Of a stretch of DNA of 64,000 bases, positions 24,843 through 37,280 are shown one piece after another. The position numbers were made by a program, and so were the translations under genes. The stretch covers positions 199,640,001 through 199,704,000 of the forward strand of contig OZ024741.1 in assembly GCA_964016885.1 (NCBI GenBank). The letters run 5' to 3'. The DNA is from Eledone cirrhosa (lineage: Eukaryota). The notes under the pieces are model-generated. The model saw nothing but the letters and a program-made list of their open reading frames with translations, did not search any database and had not been told where the DNA came from. The stretch's first letter is position 1. Each line of letters begins with the position of its first letter.

Positions 24843-26722
24843 TATATGCACATATATTTTTTTGTGTTGCACCATAGAGCATGTGTGTTTACGTATGTCA
24901 TTGTGTTTATATGTGGGTAGAGATGTGTGCTGATGTAGGTATGTATGTTGACGTGTGTATGTTGTGGGTTCGTCTTAGGGAGAAGTGTTTAGACGGGGTC
25001 CGTATTTGTTAATGAAGTAAGATTCCTTGCTGATGCGCTGGGTGTGGGTGGCATTATCTTTAAATTTGTAGAGGGGAAAGATTCTGAAGTTGGGATGATT
25101 TTGAGCGGCACAGGTATCAATGTGTTCACTCAGTGGTATTTTCCTCTATTCCCGTATTTTGATTTGGGATCTATGGACAGTCATGCGTTGGCGGAGGCTG
25201 TTTTTGGTCTGGCCTATGTATTGTTCTCGACAACCTGAACAAGTTAATACATATATTAGATTTTCCGATGCACATGTGAAATTGTGTTTTACTATAAAAC
25301 GTTGTCCATCTTTGAAATAGAATTCCGAACCCTCTATTAGGTTGATGCAAATGCCACAGTTGGGTCTATCGCATTTTTTTACTGTGGGTTTCGTTGTTGG
25401 TTGGCAGTACTTTGGCATGTGTTAGGATGTTTTTCATTGACTTGGATTATCTTTTGCTCTTTATGATATCGTGTGTTCGTAGAATTTGGTTCATTCTATG
25501 GTCCTTTTTCAATACAGGGATGTTCTGGAGGATGGTGTCAAAGGCCTCATTGTTGAGGGGGTTGTGTGTGGAGATGTATGGAAGAGCTTTTAGTTTTGGT
25601 TGATTTACTTTAGGGTGTCTAAGGTCCTGGGTACTGAGTTTTAGGGCACGTTGGATTCCATTGTCAATTAGTGATGCAGGGTAGTCCCTGCCTCTGAGTG
25701 TGTCCTTTAGTTCTTGTAGCCGTAAGTAGCAGATGTTTTTATTGGAGACTATAGTACAGATTCTCTTGGCTAAGTTGTAGGGAATATTAATTTTAACGTG
25801 TCTAGGGTGGCAAGAGTTGAAGGGGAGATATTGCTTGGAGTCTGTGGGCTTGTAGTGTATGTCTGTTTCTATTTTTTTGTTATGGATCTTAATGAGGATG
25901 TCGAGGAAGGGGAGTTGTTGATGGCTGTATTCCATCGTGAAGTTAATATTTGTGTTGAGCCCATTTATAAGGGTGTGAAATTCTTAAAGTTTTTCGATGT
26001 TTTCGTGCCAAAGGATGAAGCAGTCATCTAGATATCGCTTCCAGTTCCTTTCAATGTGTAAGTGGAGGGTGTTTCCAAATTTGTTTAGGACTTTAGTGTA
26101 GAGGGTGATTTCCAGGTATGAAAAACATCTTAACACATGCCAAAGTACTGCCAACCACAACAACGAAACCCACAGTAAAAAAATGCGATAGACCCAACTG
26201 TGGCATTTGCATCAACCTAATAGAGGGTTCGGAATTCTATTTCAAAGCTGGACAACGTTTTATAGTAAAACACAATTTCACATGTGCATCGGAAAATCTA
26301 ATATATGTATTAACTTGTTCAGGTTGTCGAGAACAATACATAGGCCAGACCAAAAACAGCCTCCGCCAACGCATGACTGTCCATAGATCCCAAATCAAAA
26401 TACGGGAATACAGGAAAATACCACTGAGTGAACACATTGATACCTGTGCCGCCCCAAATCATCCCAACTTCAGAATCTTTCCCCTCTACAAATTTAAAGA
26501 TAATGCCACCCACACCCAGCGCATCAGCAAGGAATCTTACTTCATTAACAAATACGGACCCCGTCTAAACACTTCTCCCTAAGACGAACCCACAACATAC
26601 ACACGTCAACATACATACCTACATCAGCACACATCTCTACCCACATATAAACACAATGACATACGTAAACACACATGCTCTATGGTGCAACACAAAAAAA
26701 TATATGTGCATATATATATGTA

Positions 26723-26776
<54 letters not shown>

Positions 26777-26921
26777 ATATATGTATGTGTATATATATAT
26801 ATAGTGAATATCATTTCACACCTTTTTTTGTTAAGATTTTTGATGTTCTATTAAGAGAACCGATTTTACTGAAAAAATCGAATAATGTACACCATTTTAC
26901 CAGGGGGAAAAAAATACTGGT

Positions 26922-26964
<43 letters not shown>

Positions 26965-27114
26965 TATATACACACACACACATACACACGCGTACATCAA
27001 CATACAAAGAGACTTATATATACACACACACACACACACACACTTCTCCGTATAAGACAAAAGCTGAAAAATATCTTTTGACATGCTAAAATACCCCACC
27101 ACAAATTACTCTGC

Positions 27115-27199
<85 letters not shown>

Positions 27200-27292
27200 A
27201 CACACACACACTTATCTTAATAGCCATTTGACACACATCGCTGCTAACCATTATCACAACATCGAACACCTTACTACTACTACACACACACA

Positions 27293-27353
<61 letters not shown>

Positions 27354-27815
27354 TTGTTGTGAAAGAGTCATTTCTCAATCTTGGCGCAAAACCAATTTTT
27401 TATTCACATGACCTCTACCGACCAATCAAAATTGTTTTGACCACAAGAATTTTTGCTGGAGCCACTTTTTTAACATAAAAACAGTCTTGGCGCAAAATCA
27501 ATTTTTTACATTCACATGACCTCTACCGACCAATCAAAATTGTTTTGACCACAAGAATTTTTGCAAATTGGAGCCACTTTTTTAACATAAAAACAGGTAG
27601 AATTCCCAAAACTAATCAGATCAGAGCAAACAGCACGGACACTCTATCTCAAAATTATTTTTGAAAAGCATTTAGAAATGCGCAACCGGTAAAAACTTAA
27701 AAACTTAAAACCACAACTGAATACTAACCCATACAATCACTAATACTCTTTTATTCCTAATTAAACCATTTTTCAACTGTGAACAATTTGTCAGCATTTT
27801 CTATTCCGTTTACCA

Positions 27816-27819
<4 letters not shown>
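23865..27819. mobile_element. 5'-truncated Neptune-type Penelope-like element with ~1.6-kb inverted 3' duplication
   Basis: Minus-strand RT (KRYLDDC near 26030, LPFLD, YKPTD) and GIY-YIG; arms ~23865-25437 and ~26119-27819 are reverse complements; flanked by (TA)n. Confidence 0.9.
26118..26582 (+). CDS. PLE GIY-YIG endonuclease fragment (open copy in right arm)
   Basis: CDRPNCGIC knuckle; NLIYVLTCSGCREQYIGQT; the left-arm copy has a TAC>TAG stop at 25146. Confidence 0.75.
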   Translation: MKNILTHAKVLPTTTTKPTVKKCDRPNCGICINLIEGSEFYFKAGQRFIVKHNFTCASENLIYVLTCSGCREQYIGQTKNSLRQRMTVHRSQIKIREYRKIPLSEHIDTCAAPNHPNFRIFPLYKFKDNATHTQRISKESYFINKYGPRLNTSP

Positions 27820-27913
<94 letters not shown>

Positions 27914-28092
27914 CATCATCATCATCATCACCGTTTTACGTCCGTTCTTCTATGTATATATATATATTCGTATGCGATTGACAGCAGAGAAAAAAAGAGT
28001 TCTCAAGAACATACAGATATATATATATCTAGCTGTTGAAACGGCAGGAACTCAGCCATCAGGGTCCCGAATCCTTCATATATATATATATA

Positions 28093-28430
28093 TGGAGGCA
28101 CATGGCTTAGTGGTTAGAGCATTGGCCTTGCAATCGAAAGGTTGTGAGTTCAAATCTCAGACCGGGTGATGTGTTGTTTCTTTGAGCAAGATACTTTATT
28201 TCACATTGCTCCAGTTTACTCAGCTGTAGAAATGAGATGATAGGGACTGGGGTCCATTCATTCCACTGCAAAGTGGTCGTGGAGGTGCCACGGCAAAAAA
28301 ACACCCAGCACTCACTGTAAATGAGGTTGGTGTTAGGTAGGGCATCCAGCTGTAGAAATCAAGCCAGAATCAGTTCCCGTCCCACCCTTGCAAGCAGGGA
28401 AAAGTGAATGTAAAATGATGATGATGATGA
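28093..28430 (+). mobile_element. tRNA-derived SINE family A (CORE-like body, RTE-derived tail)
   Basis: A box TGGCTTAGTGG, B box GAGTTCAAATC, body TTGAGCAAGATACTT, (GAT)n tail. Copies at 29748-30087 (-), 31245-31516 (-), 37458-37796 (+) and 53580-53778 (+). Confidence 0.85.
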
Positions 28431-28608
28431 TATATATATATATAGTTGCTAAATATATAATAAGTTCACTAGACTTTCACAAATATGGGAGCGCTTGCCT
28501 GCAACATATTAACTCACTCACATAATTGTGTTGACATCTATGGATGATCATGCAGAAGGCCAGAGGCATGGCCCTTGAATCTACAGAGCAACACTTCAGT
28601 GGTGATAA

Positions 28609-28609
<1 letters not shown>

Positions 28610-28639
<30 letters not shown>

Positions 28640-29372
28640 CCGTTTTACGTCCGTTCTTCCACGCTAGCATGGGTTAGACAGGTTGTCCTGTTGTGGGCAG
28701 TGTCTGGTCGGCTGACTATGCCTTGCTCATACAGGAACTGATTTGGCTTGATTTCTACAGCTGGATGCCCTTCCTAACACCAACCTCATTTACAGTGAGT
28801 GCTGGGTGCTTTTTCGTGGCGCCTACACGTCCACTTTACAGTGTGGGCTGGGTGCTTTTTTGCCGTGGCACCTCCACGACCACCTTGCGGTTGGGGGTGT
28901 GGGGGCATATTGTCTATATGCTTCAGCTTGTACCCATGGGAGGTTGGGTACTCTGTATTACTGCGTGACGCCAGAAGTCACGGTCGTGTGTCATTGTCTT
29001 TGAGAGGTGTAATTGGGTAAGGTCGGCTTTTATCACCTCATCCCAGGTCATCTTGGGTCTCCCCACTCCGCGGTTTCCATCAACTTCTAGTGCTCTGCAC
29101 CTTTTTATGCAGCTGTCATCTTTCATACGCATCACATGTCCATACCAGCACAACCGCCTCTCCTGCACGCAGCATTTGATTCCTCTTATGCTCAGTCTCT
29201 CTCTCAATTCATTTATGCTTTGTCGTTCACATATATTACTGTTACACATCCACCGGAGCATGCAGGCTTCGTTTCTCTCTAATCTACGTAAGTCTTCCAC
29301 CTTCAGCGCCCAGGTCTCACTACCATGCAACATTGCTGTTCGGATACACGCATCATACAATCTGCCTTTCAT
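28610..29372 (-). mobile_element. RTE LINE 3' end with UTR and (GAT)n tail
   Basis: LHGSETW, RRLCWYGHVMRM and GRPKMTW; related copies at 42795-43698, 54978-55680, 56160-56863, 59767-60200 and 62626-63550. Confidence 0.9.
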
Positions 29373-32149
29373 TCAATTACATATATATATAAATATAGTG
29401 TAGCGTTATTTGGTAAAGGATATCTAAAGTTTTCTGAGCACTCATTCCATGGCTTGAACTGTTATATATATATATAGTTACTAGACCACCCATTACCTGT
29501 TAGGTCACGTTCTCTTAAAAATATTTTTTTTAAATCATGTTCACTTAAAAATAATGTTTAAATAATTAAAATATACACAGACATGTATATAATGTAAGAT
29601 GAAATTGGAAGGCCATATATATATATATATATATGTGTGTGTGTATGTGTGTGTGTATATATATGTATGTGGGTGTCTGTGACCTATATACACTGGTCAC
29701 AGACACACATACATACACACAGTTACACACAAACACACACATATATATCATCATCGTCGTCATTTACATCCGCTTTTTCCCTGCTTGCAAGGGTGGGACG
29801 GGAACTGATTCTGGCTTGATTTCTACAGCTGGATGCCCTTCCTAACACCAACCTCAGTTACAGTGAGTGCTGGGTGCTTTTTTTGCCGTGGCACCTCCAC
29901 GACTACTTTGCAGTGGAATGATAGGGATCCCAGTCCCTTTCATCTCATTTCTACAGCTGAGTAAACTGGAGCAATGTGAAATAAAGTGTCTTGTTCAAGG
30001 AAACAACACATCACCCGGTCTGAGAATTGAACTCACAACCTTTCGATTGCAAGGCCAATGCTCTAACCACTAAGCCATGTACCTCCATCCTGAAATATAT
30101 ACACAAACACACACACACACACACACTAAGAAACCGTTCCTATTTAGCAATATTCCGCTACACACATCCTGTTCTAGCCCAAGTTATATACACATAACTT
30201 AACATTCAGTCACCAAATTTTAGCTACATACAGTAATGCTGTATTCAATTCTTTGAGTTCTCTTTCTCTCTCTTTCTTCCATTTTCCTTCTCTGTCTCCT
30301 TCTCTCTCACTCTCTCTCGCTCTCTCTCTCTATGACTCCCTTTCAATCTACTCTCTCACAACCACTATCTCTTTCTTTCTCTCTTTCTCTCTCTCTACTT
30401 ATGAAGGTGTCTGGAAAAACCCCATATCTTGGGAACCCATGCTCCAATTTAGGCGAAACTTGTTTTATTCCATTTGTATTCCTGTTTCGAGGACAACTTC
30501 CTTTCAAAGTATTTTCCCATTATGTGCTGTTTTGGCTGTATTAAATTACAGACAAGCACACAATCACAGAGTTTTAGTAGTATATAGATAACACTAACTA
30601 TATTATCATTTTACGTATACATGTTTCATTGAGTGCCTCTTTCAGATATTTTTGAACTAGGCCCTAATTCATCACCGTTTATTGACAACATTTTATAGTA
30701 GTTGTGTTCTTTTCTTTTGAAGGTTATATGATATTAGTAGCCAATGAATGAGTTCTGCGGTATTGGTTGATTTTTCCAGTCCCTTAAGATGTACTTGGGG
30801 GCACAGGGGCAGCAGTTGAAAAAATTTTCCCTCATGCTTAGATATAATTGTTTCTACTTTAGGCACAAGGCCAGCAAATACCCAGTGCATTACTGGTACT
30901 TTATTTTATCGACCCCGTAAGGATGAAAGGCAAAGTCAAAATGACGGAGAGGTGGGAACAGAAAAAAGAAATGCCTAATATTCTTGTTCCATTATACTTC
31001 CTAAGAATTTAATGCCATTCCTTAAAATAACTAAATATATAAAAGAACATGCATTATGAAGATTCAAAAGAAAAAAAGATATCAAACAGACACAGACTTA
31101 GCTGAGTATCTGTGCTTAGGTTGTGTCTATTTAAACTATCTAACTTAGTAGCTTGACAAACAGACATTGATGAAATATGTTTCAGGCTGAAAATAGTAAT
31201 GGTATTGATATGATCAGCTATTGTAATTTCATTTCATTTTCATTTCATTTTACGTCCACTTTTCCATGCTAGCAAGGGTGGGACGGGAACTGATTCTGGC
31301 TTGATTTCTACAGCTGGATGCCCTTCCTAACACCAACCTCATTTACAGTGAGTGCTGGGTGCTTTTTTGCCGTGGCACCTGCACGACCACTTTGCAGTGG
31401 AATGATAGGGACCATAGTCTCTATCATCTCATTTCTACAGCTGAGTAAACTGGAGCAATGTGAAATAAAGTGTCTTGTTCAAGGAAACAACACATCACTC
31501 GGTCTGAGAATTGAACTGTTATGCAATTAATTAATTACATAAAAAGTGCTACATGTACTTTTGGAACACAATCTTAGTGGCCAAATTGCAGAGAAGATTA
31601 AATAATTACTCTGTGAAACAAATTATAAAATCTTTATTTCTCATACCATGGAATTATCAGGGTAATTAACAGCCTTTTTGTTATTATTGAAATATTGTCA
31701 GGAGTTATTTTAGTGGTTATAAATAATTATCAGTTTCTGTTAACATCTATAATAATTGTTTCTACTATTGGCACAGGGCGAGTAATTATCCCAGTGCATT
31801 ACTGGTACTTTATTTTATCAACCCCATAAGGATGAAAGGCAAAGTTAACCTTGGCGGGATTTGAACTCAGAATGACAAGGGCCGTAACTCTATGTGTCAA
31901 AGCATGGCGTCCGACCCTCTACCGATACTGCCAATTCACTGCCCTTAACATCTATAATAATGAATTCAAATTAACTTTATTAACTCTTGAAGGAATCAAA
32001 GGCAAGGTTATTTTTAGTGGAATTTGAACTCTGAATGTTGAAAATCAAAACTAAATTCAATAAGATAATTAATATGTTTTTGCTACTATTTCTGCCAGCT
32101 TTCTAGTCAACTCTGCTATATGAAATATATTTTCCATGATAGGCTACAC

Positions 32150-35100
32150 TGTAAAGTTAAACAAAAAATATATATATATTTAAATGAAACAACAACAAAA
32201 AAGGTAAGAGTAGGAAGAACAAGGAAAAAGAGAATGAAGCAATGAATGTGAGAGAGAGGGAGAGAGAGAGAGAGAGAGGCAGAGAGGAGAGCGTGGGGTA
32301 GACTCTACACCCCAGTCTGGGAGGTGAATCAGCTCTTCCTCGCAGACAGAAAGTGTGTTTTCTGCATGGTGTTCTGGCCCCACAAATGACACATATTAAA
32401 AACATATACATAATTTATATAAAAGAAAAGTGCCCCCTCCACACAGAAGTGGGAGAAGACCTGCACACATAATCCCAAGCCACTACAAAGGGGTTTGGGA
32501 GATTAGTATCGGTGTACATATAAAATTATTAGAAAAGACAATAAATGCCGGTCTGTGTTGTGATAATGTTTTTACTTCAAAGAAGTCAAAGGGATTAATA
32601 TAAATGAATCATTACCCGTGGATCACAACTCCAGGCTGAAGTGTGTGGAGAAGAACAGAGATCTTCTCTAGGAGGTGTTAACATCTTCTTAGGTTCTTAG
32701 GCTGCTGGTGGCATCCTTCTTGAGTGGCGAAGGAAAATGAGAGAGGAATCATCTCATGATAAGGTCGCAGGTGTTACCACTTTGGAATTCAGGAGGCGAG
32801 AGAGAGATATCGTGGTGACCTGTTCCTTTTATAGGGTCTGACCGGAAGTGACCAACAGGGAGTCTGTCAACCCCAAAGGGAAGCAACTCCAGCTACTTCC
32901 TGTCTAGAGAGCAGTGATGAGATTGTCATGACAAGGGAGGCAACTCTTGCTACATTATCCCCCGCCAGATTTTTAAAACATAAAAATCGAATGAAGCATG
33001 CATGGAGTAAGATGGCGAGCATGTAAGAGGCATGAAAATTATGATACAATGTAATAAAAGTAAGAGAAGAGGTCAAAGTTCAAAATACAGTTCACATGTG
33101 TGCAATCACATGACAGCAGGAAAGAATGTGTTCCAGAGAATGAATGCAGGTGGTTTCTGGTCTGTGGTATAACGTGAAATTTCAAACTTCCGAAGGGAAT
33201 TTCTCACAGGAAGAGTGCTGCAGAAATAAATTCTCTGGCTTGTTCTGCTGGTTTTGGTTGTTGATGTTGTGAATGCGTTGACCTGGAAGGGTCAAGAGGC
33301 CAGCGACCAGAGAAATAAGCATTCTGAATAAATGCGCAGTTTTCAACGGCAAATTTACGTGGTAAATTTTTAAACCGGCAAATAGAAGAATATAGCTTAA
33401 AATGTTCGTTGTAAAAGGAAACGAAAAACATATATATACATCCAGTGAAATGGTAATGAGAGGTACATAGTAATACAATAAATCAATAAATAACAAGAAC
33501 AGCAAAAATAAGGCTCCAATGGCCAGTTCACATAAAAATAGTTTGGCAGAACTTTTTGGGCCAGTGGACTCTCCGACCGGAACGGGTCGTAGTCTTGTAT
33601 GTAGGTGAAGGTGGGGCAGAAGGAGCAGGTGTATGCACAAGAGAGAAAGATTGGGGTATTTGTGGCTCGGGTGTATGAGCGTCATTGTGTGCCTTTTTCA
33701 GTCTATCCATCGAAATTGTCTCTCTGGACCCCTTAACGTCTACAGTGAAATGTTTGTCAGTACGTGCTAACACACGGTAGGGTCCAGAGTATGGTTGTGT
33801 GAGGGGTGGTCTCACAGCATCGTTCCTTACGAACACATGGGTCCACGAGGCAATATCCCTCGGGACCGCACGTTTTACAGTTTGTTTCCTCGTATCCATC
33901 GGCGGCAGGTCCTGAAAATAAGAATGCAGACGGGATACGTAGGAAAGCGGATCTTGGAAAGCAAGATCAACAGGGACAAGCATTTGCCCAGGCAACGCTA
34001 GAGGAGCACCGTAAAGTAATTCGGCCGGGGAGAACCCAAGGTCCTCCTTTATTGATGACCGAATTCCTAACAACACAATAGGAAGGTACTCGCTCCAACG
34101 TTGAGAGTCTGGATAGGCGCGAAGAGCGGCCTTTAATTGGCGGTGGAATCGTTCCACCATTCCATTTGAAGCAGGATGATAGGCTGTGGTCCGAATCCGT
34201 TGAGCTCCAATTATTTTTGTGAGCTCAGAGAAGAGATGGGACTCGAATTGTCTACCACGGTCTGTGGTGAGTGTAGTTGGTACCCCAAAGCGGGTAATCC
34301 ACCCTGATACCAGGGCACGTGCTACAGTCTCAGCAGTCATGTCTTGTAAAGGGATGACTTCAGGCCATCGCGAAAAACGATCGACACAGGTCAATATGTA
34401 TGAATATCCACTGCTGAATGGCCAAGGTCCAACGATGTCAATGTGGATGTGTTGAAACCTCGCATCTGGAGTACTGAAAGTACCAAGTGGAGTCCGGATG
34501 TATCTGGATTTTCGATTTCTGGCAAGCGATGCAGGAACGGTACCAGGCAGCAATGTCGCGCCTCATATTTGGCCAGAAGAATCTGGCTGTTATGAGCTTT
34601 ACTGTGGCAGCAGATCCTGGGTGAGAAATGTTGTGCAAAGCCAGGAACACAATTCGACGGTGAGTCTCAGGAACAAGTGGTCGTGGTGCATCCGTAGATA
34701 CATCACATAGAATCTGCCTGTCGGTGGTGGACAAGGGCAGATATTTGAAAATGCAAGTCGCAAATTCAGCAGAAAGAGTGACCAACGATTGGAGTGCAGG
34801 TTGGTCTGCAGCTAAACGACCTAAGTCGATCTCCTGGGATGACGAGATGGAGCTAATTGGCAAACGTGACAATGCGTCTGCAGCTATGTTGTGTGAGCCG
34901 GCAATGTGCTGGATATCGTTTGTAAATTGTGAAACCTAGTCCAGGTGCCTTGTCTCTCTGGGCGAATATCTGTCGGCTTTGGCCCTCATAGCGTAGGTCA
35001 ACGGTTTGTGGTCGGTAAAAACTGTAAGGCTGAAGTTTGTGGAGAAGAACAGAGATCTTCTCTAGGAGGTATTAACATCTTCTTAGGCTCTTACGCTGCC

Positions 35101-35347
35101 GGTTGCATTCTTCTTGGTGGCGAAGGATTATGAGAAAGGAATCATCTCATGCTAAGGTCGCAGGTGTTACCACTTTGGAATTCAGGAGGCGAGAGAGAGA
35201 TATCGTGGTGACCTGTTCCTTTTATAGGGTCTGACCGGAAGTGACCAACAGGGAGTCTGTCAACCCCAAAGAGAAGCAACTCCAGCTACTTCCTGTCTAG
35301 AGAGCGGTGATGAGATTGTCATGACAAGGGAGGCAACTCTTGCTACA
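32150..35347 (-). mobile_element. Internally deleted Gypsy LTR retrotransposon
   Basis: LTR copies 32635-32954 and 35028-35347 both start TGTAGC on the minus strand; PPT ggcgggggataa precedes the 3' LTR; TATAAAA in the LTR; RNase H TDHKPL. Left boundary uncertain, no TSD seen. Confidence 0.9.
33528..34553 (-). CDS. Gypsy integrase core (open frame)
   Basis: HIDIVGP (D), TTDRGRQF (D), NGMVERFH (E) and YSGPYRVL (GPY/F); separated by a frameshift from the upstream HHCC region. Confidence 0.85.
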   Translation of the reverse strand: MLPGTVPASLARNRKSRYIRTPLGTFSTPDARFQHIHIDIVGPWPFSSGYSYILTCVDRFSRWPEVIPLQDMTAETVARALVSGWITRFGVPTTLTTDRGRQFESHLFSELTKIIGAQRIRTTAYHPASNGMVERFHRQLKAALRAYPDSQRWSEYLPIVLLGIRSSIKEDLGFSPAELLYGAPLALPGQMLVPVDLAFQDPLSYVSRLHSYFQDLPPMDTRKQTVKRAVPRDIASWTHVFVRNDAVRPPLTQPYSGPYRVLARTDKHFTVDVKGSRETISMDRLKKAHNDAHTPEPQIPQSFSLVHTPAPSAPPSPTYKTTTRSGRRVHWPKKFCQTIFM

Positions 35348-35399
35348 GGGGTGCTGGAGTTTTGCTCTAATAATTTTTGAGGCAAGCCAATTCACTTGA

Positions 35400-36520
35400 A
35401 GCACTGCCAAGGGTGATAGCAAGGCTAAAACACTGGAATAACCAAGCACCTTTGCAGGCATAACCTGATATATAGCTTCCATAAACTTTGAGCACCATGC
35501 ACCTTTTTATGCCACTGTCATCCTCTACATGAATCACATACCCATACCACTGCAATCTCCTCTCCTGATACACTGCATCTGACCCCTCTTATCCCCAGTT
35601 TCTTTCTCAATTCATTTATACTTGGCCATTACACATCTATTTGAGCATGCAGGCTTCATTTCTTTCCAATCTTTGTAGCTCCTTTGCACACATAGCCCAG
35701 GTTTCATTACCATGCAACATTGCTGTTCATATACATGCATCATACAATCTGCTGTTCATATTGAGGGAGAAACCTTTTGTAACCAGTGGCAGTAATGATT
35801 TCCTCAACTTTCTCCATCCTGTTCTAACTCTACAGAACCCTCTAAAAATTTAACACAGCTTGTTTCTCGTGAGCTATTGCTGCTTACTGCTCCTGTGCAT
35901 CAACCACATGTAAAACCTGTATTCTTTATTAGTCTGCCTGAGATACTACTACATCTCTTGTGTACATATACTTTGCATTTGGGACAAGGGATGCAATTTC
36001 TACCCATCCCTTTCCTACACATTGAGCAGGGCCTTGTTTTGCTTTCTACTTACTAGAACTTTGGTCTTTGCCAAGTTGACTTTACGACCTTTTGATTCCA
36101 GGTTATGCTTCCAGGTCAGGACATTTTTTTCTAGTTCTGCCATAGATTCAACCATGAGAGTTTAATCAACAGCATACAAGAGTTCCCGGGGCTAATCTGG
36201 TTTAAACTCTTCTGTTATAGCCTAGAGGACAATAATGAACAGGCAAGGGCTGTGCATGGAGTCCTGATGAACCCCTACTTGCACACTAAACTCTTCATTG
36301 TAGTTATTATAAATTTTAACTTCACTGACTGCACTTATGTACATGGCATGCACTACCCTCACAAGCCACTGATCTATCTCCACTTTCCTAAGTACCTACT
36401 AGATTATGGAATGGGAGACTTTGTCAAATGCTTTCTCCAGGTCAACAAATGACAAATAGAGCAGCTTACCTTTATCTAGGTACTTCTGTAGTTGCCTCAC
36501 AAGGAAGAGTGTATCATTTT
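35400..36520 (-). mobile_element. Degraded RTE LINE fragment
   Basis: VDLEKAFD and LQWYGYVI remnants. Confidence 0.7.
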
Positions 36521-37059
36521 TGAAAAAACATGTTACACATTCAAATGAACATACTATAGTGTATTAGCATTCTGTAAGTACATTATACTTGTATTTGCAC
36601 ACATAAACAGTAATTAAAGTATGTGGACTTATATCCTCTACACACTATAATTCCTTATACTTCTTTGTTGCTTAAATCACATCACATAATGCTCTACACT
36701 GCTTTGCTTATGTATCTCTTACATCTTGTTTTAAAACTCTTTCATTTAATGTCTGCAATTTGCTTATTATCACATGCCTACTTGATAATTCGGACATTTG
36801 CTATTTTTCTTGATTTAATTAATTAATGTTCAAATTGTTATTGATATTTACAATTACATTTAAATAAATCAAAAACAGTTATAGAGATGAAAAAAGTGAT
36901 TTGAACTATAAAATTTAAGCTTAAGTATACACACATCATCATCATCATCATTTTACGTCCGCACATATATATATATAGTTGTAAAAGGTGGTAAAGTTCT
37001 ATACAAAACAAAGGTTATAGTTAAAAAGTGAAGGTGAAAATGCACAGAAGTATATTTAA

Positions 37060-37280
37060 CCCTTTAGCATTTACATTACTCTATATTTACTGCTGTATTT
37101 TAACAGTAAAGGCTTTACCTCACATAATTATCTCACATAATATTGAAGCTATGAGATTTTGATATTATTCATTTTGAGAACAATACCTTAACATAAGTAT
37201 GAGCAGCTGGTTATGGCCAGTTTGATCTGAAAGAGGCGAGAGAATTCTGACCGGATTCGGCTGGTTTAAATGCTAAACAG
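37060..37280. mobile_element. piggyBac-like MITE
   Basis: TTAA on both sides; TIR ccctttagcattta / taaatgctaaacag (12/14 match). Confidence 0.6.

Noticed and set aside
28093-28170. tRNA gene
   Set aside because: It has A/B boxes but continues into a SINE body and tail and is multi-copy; it is a SINE head.
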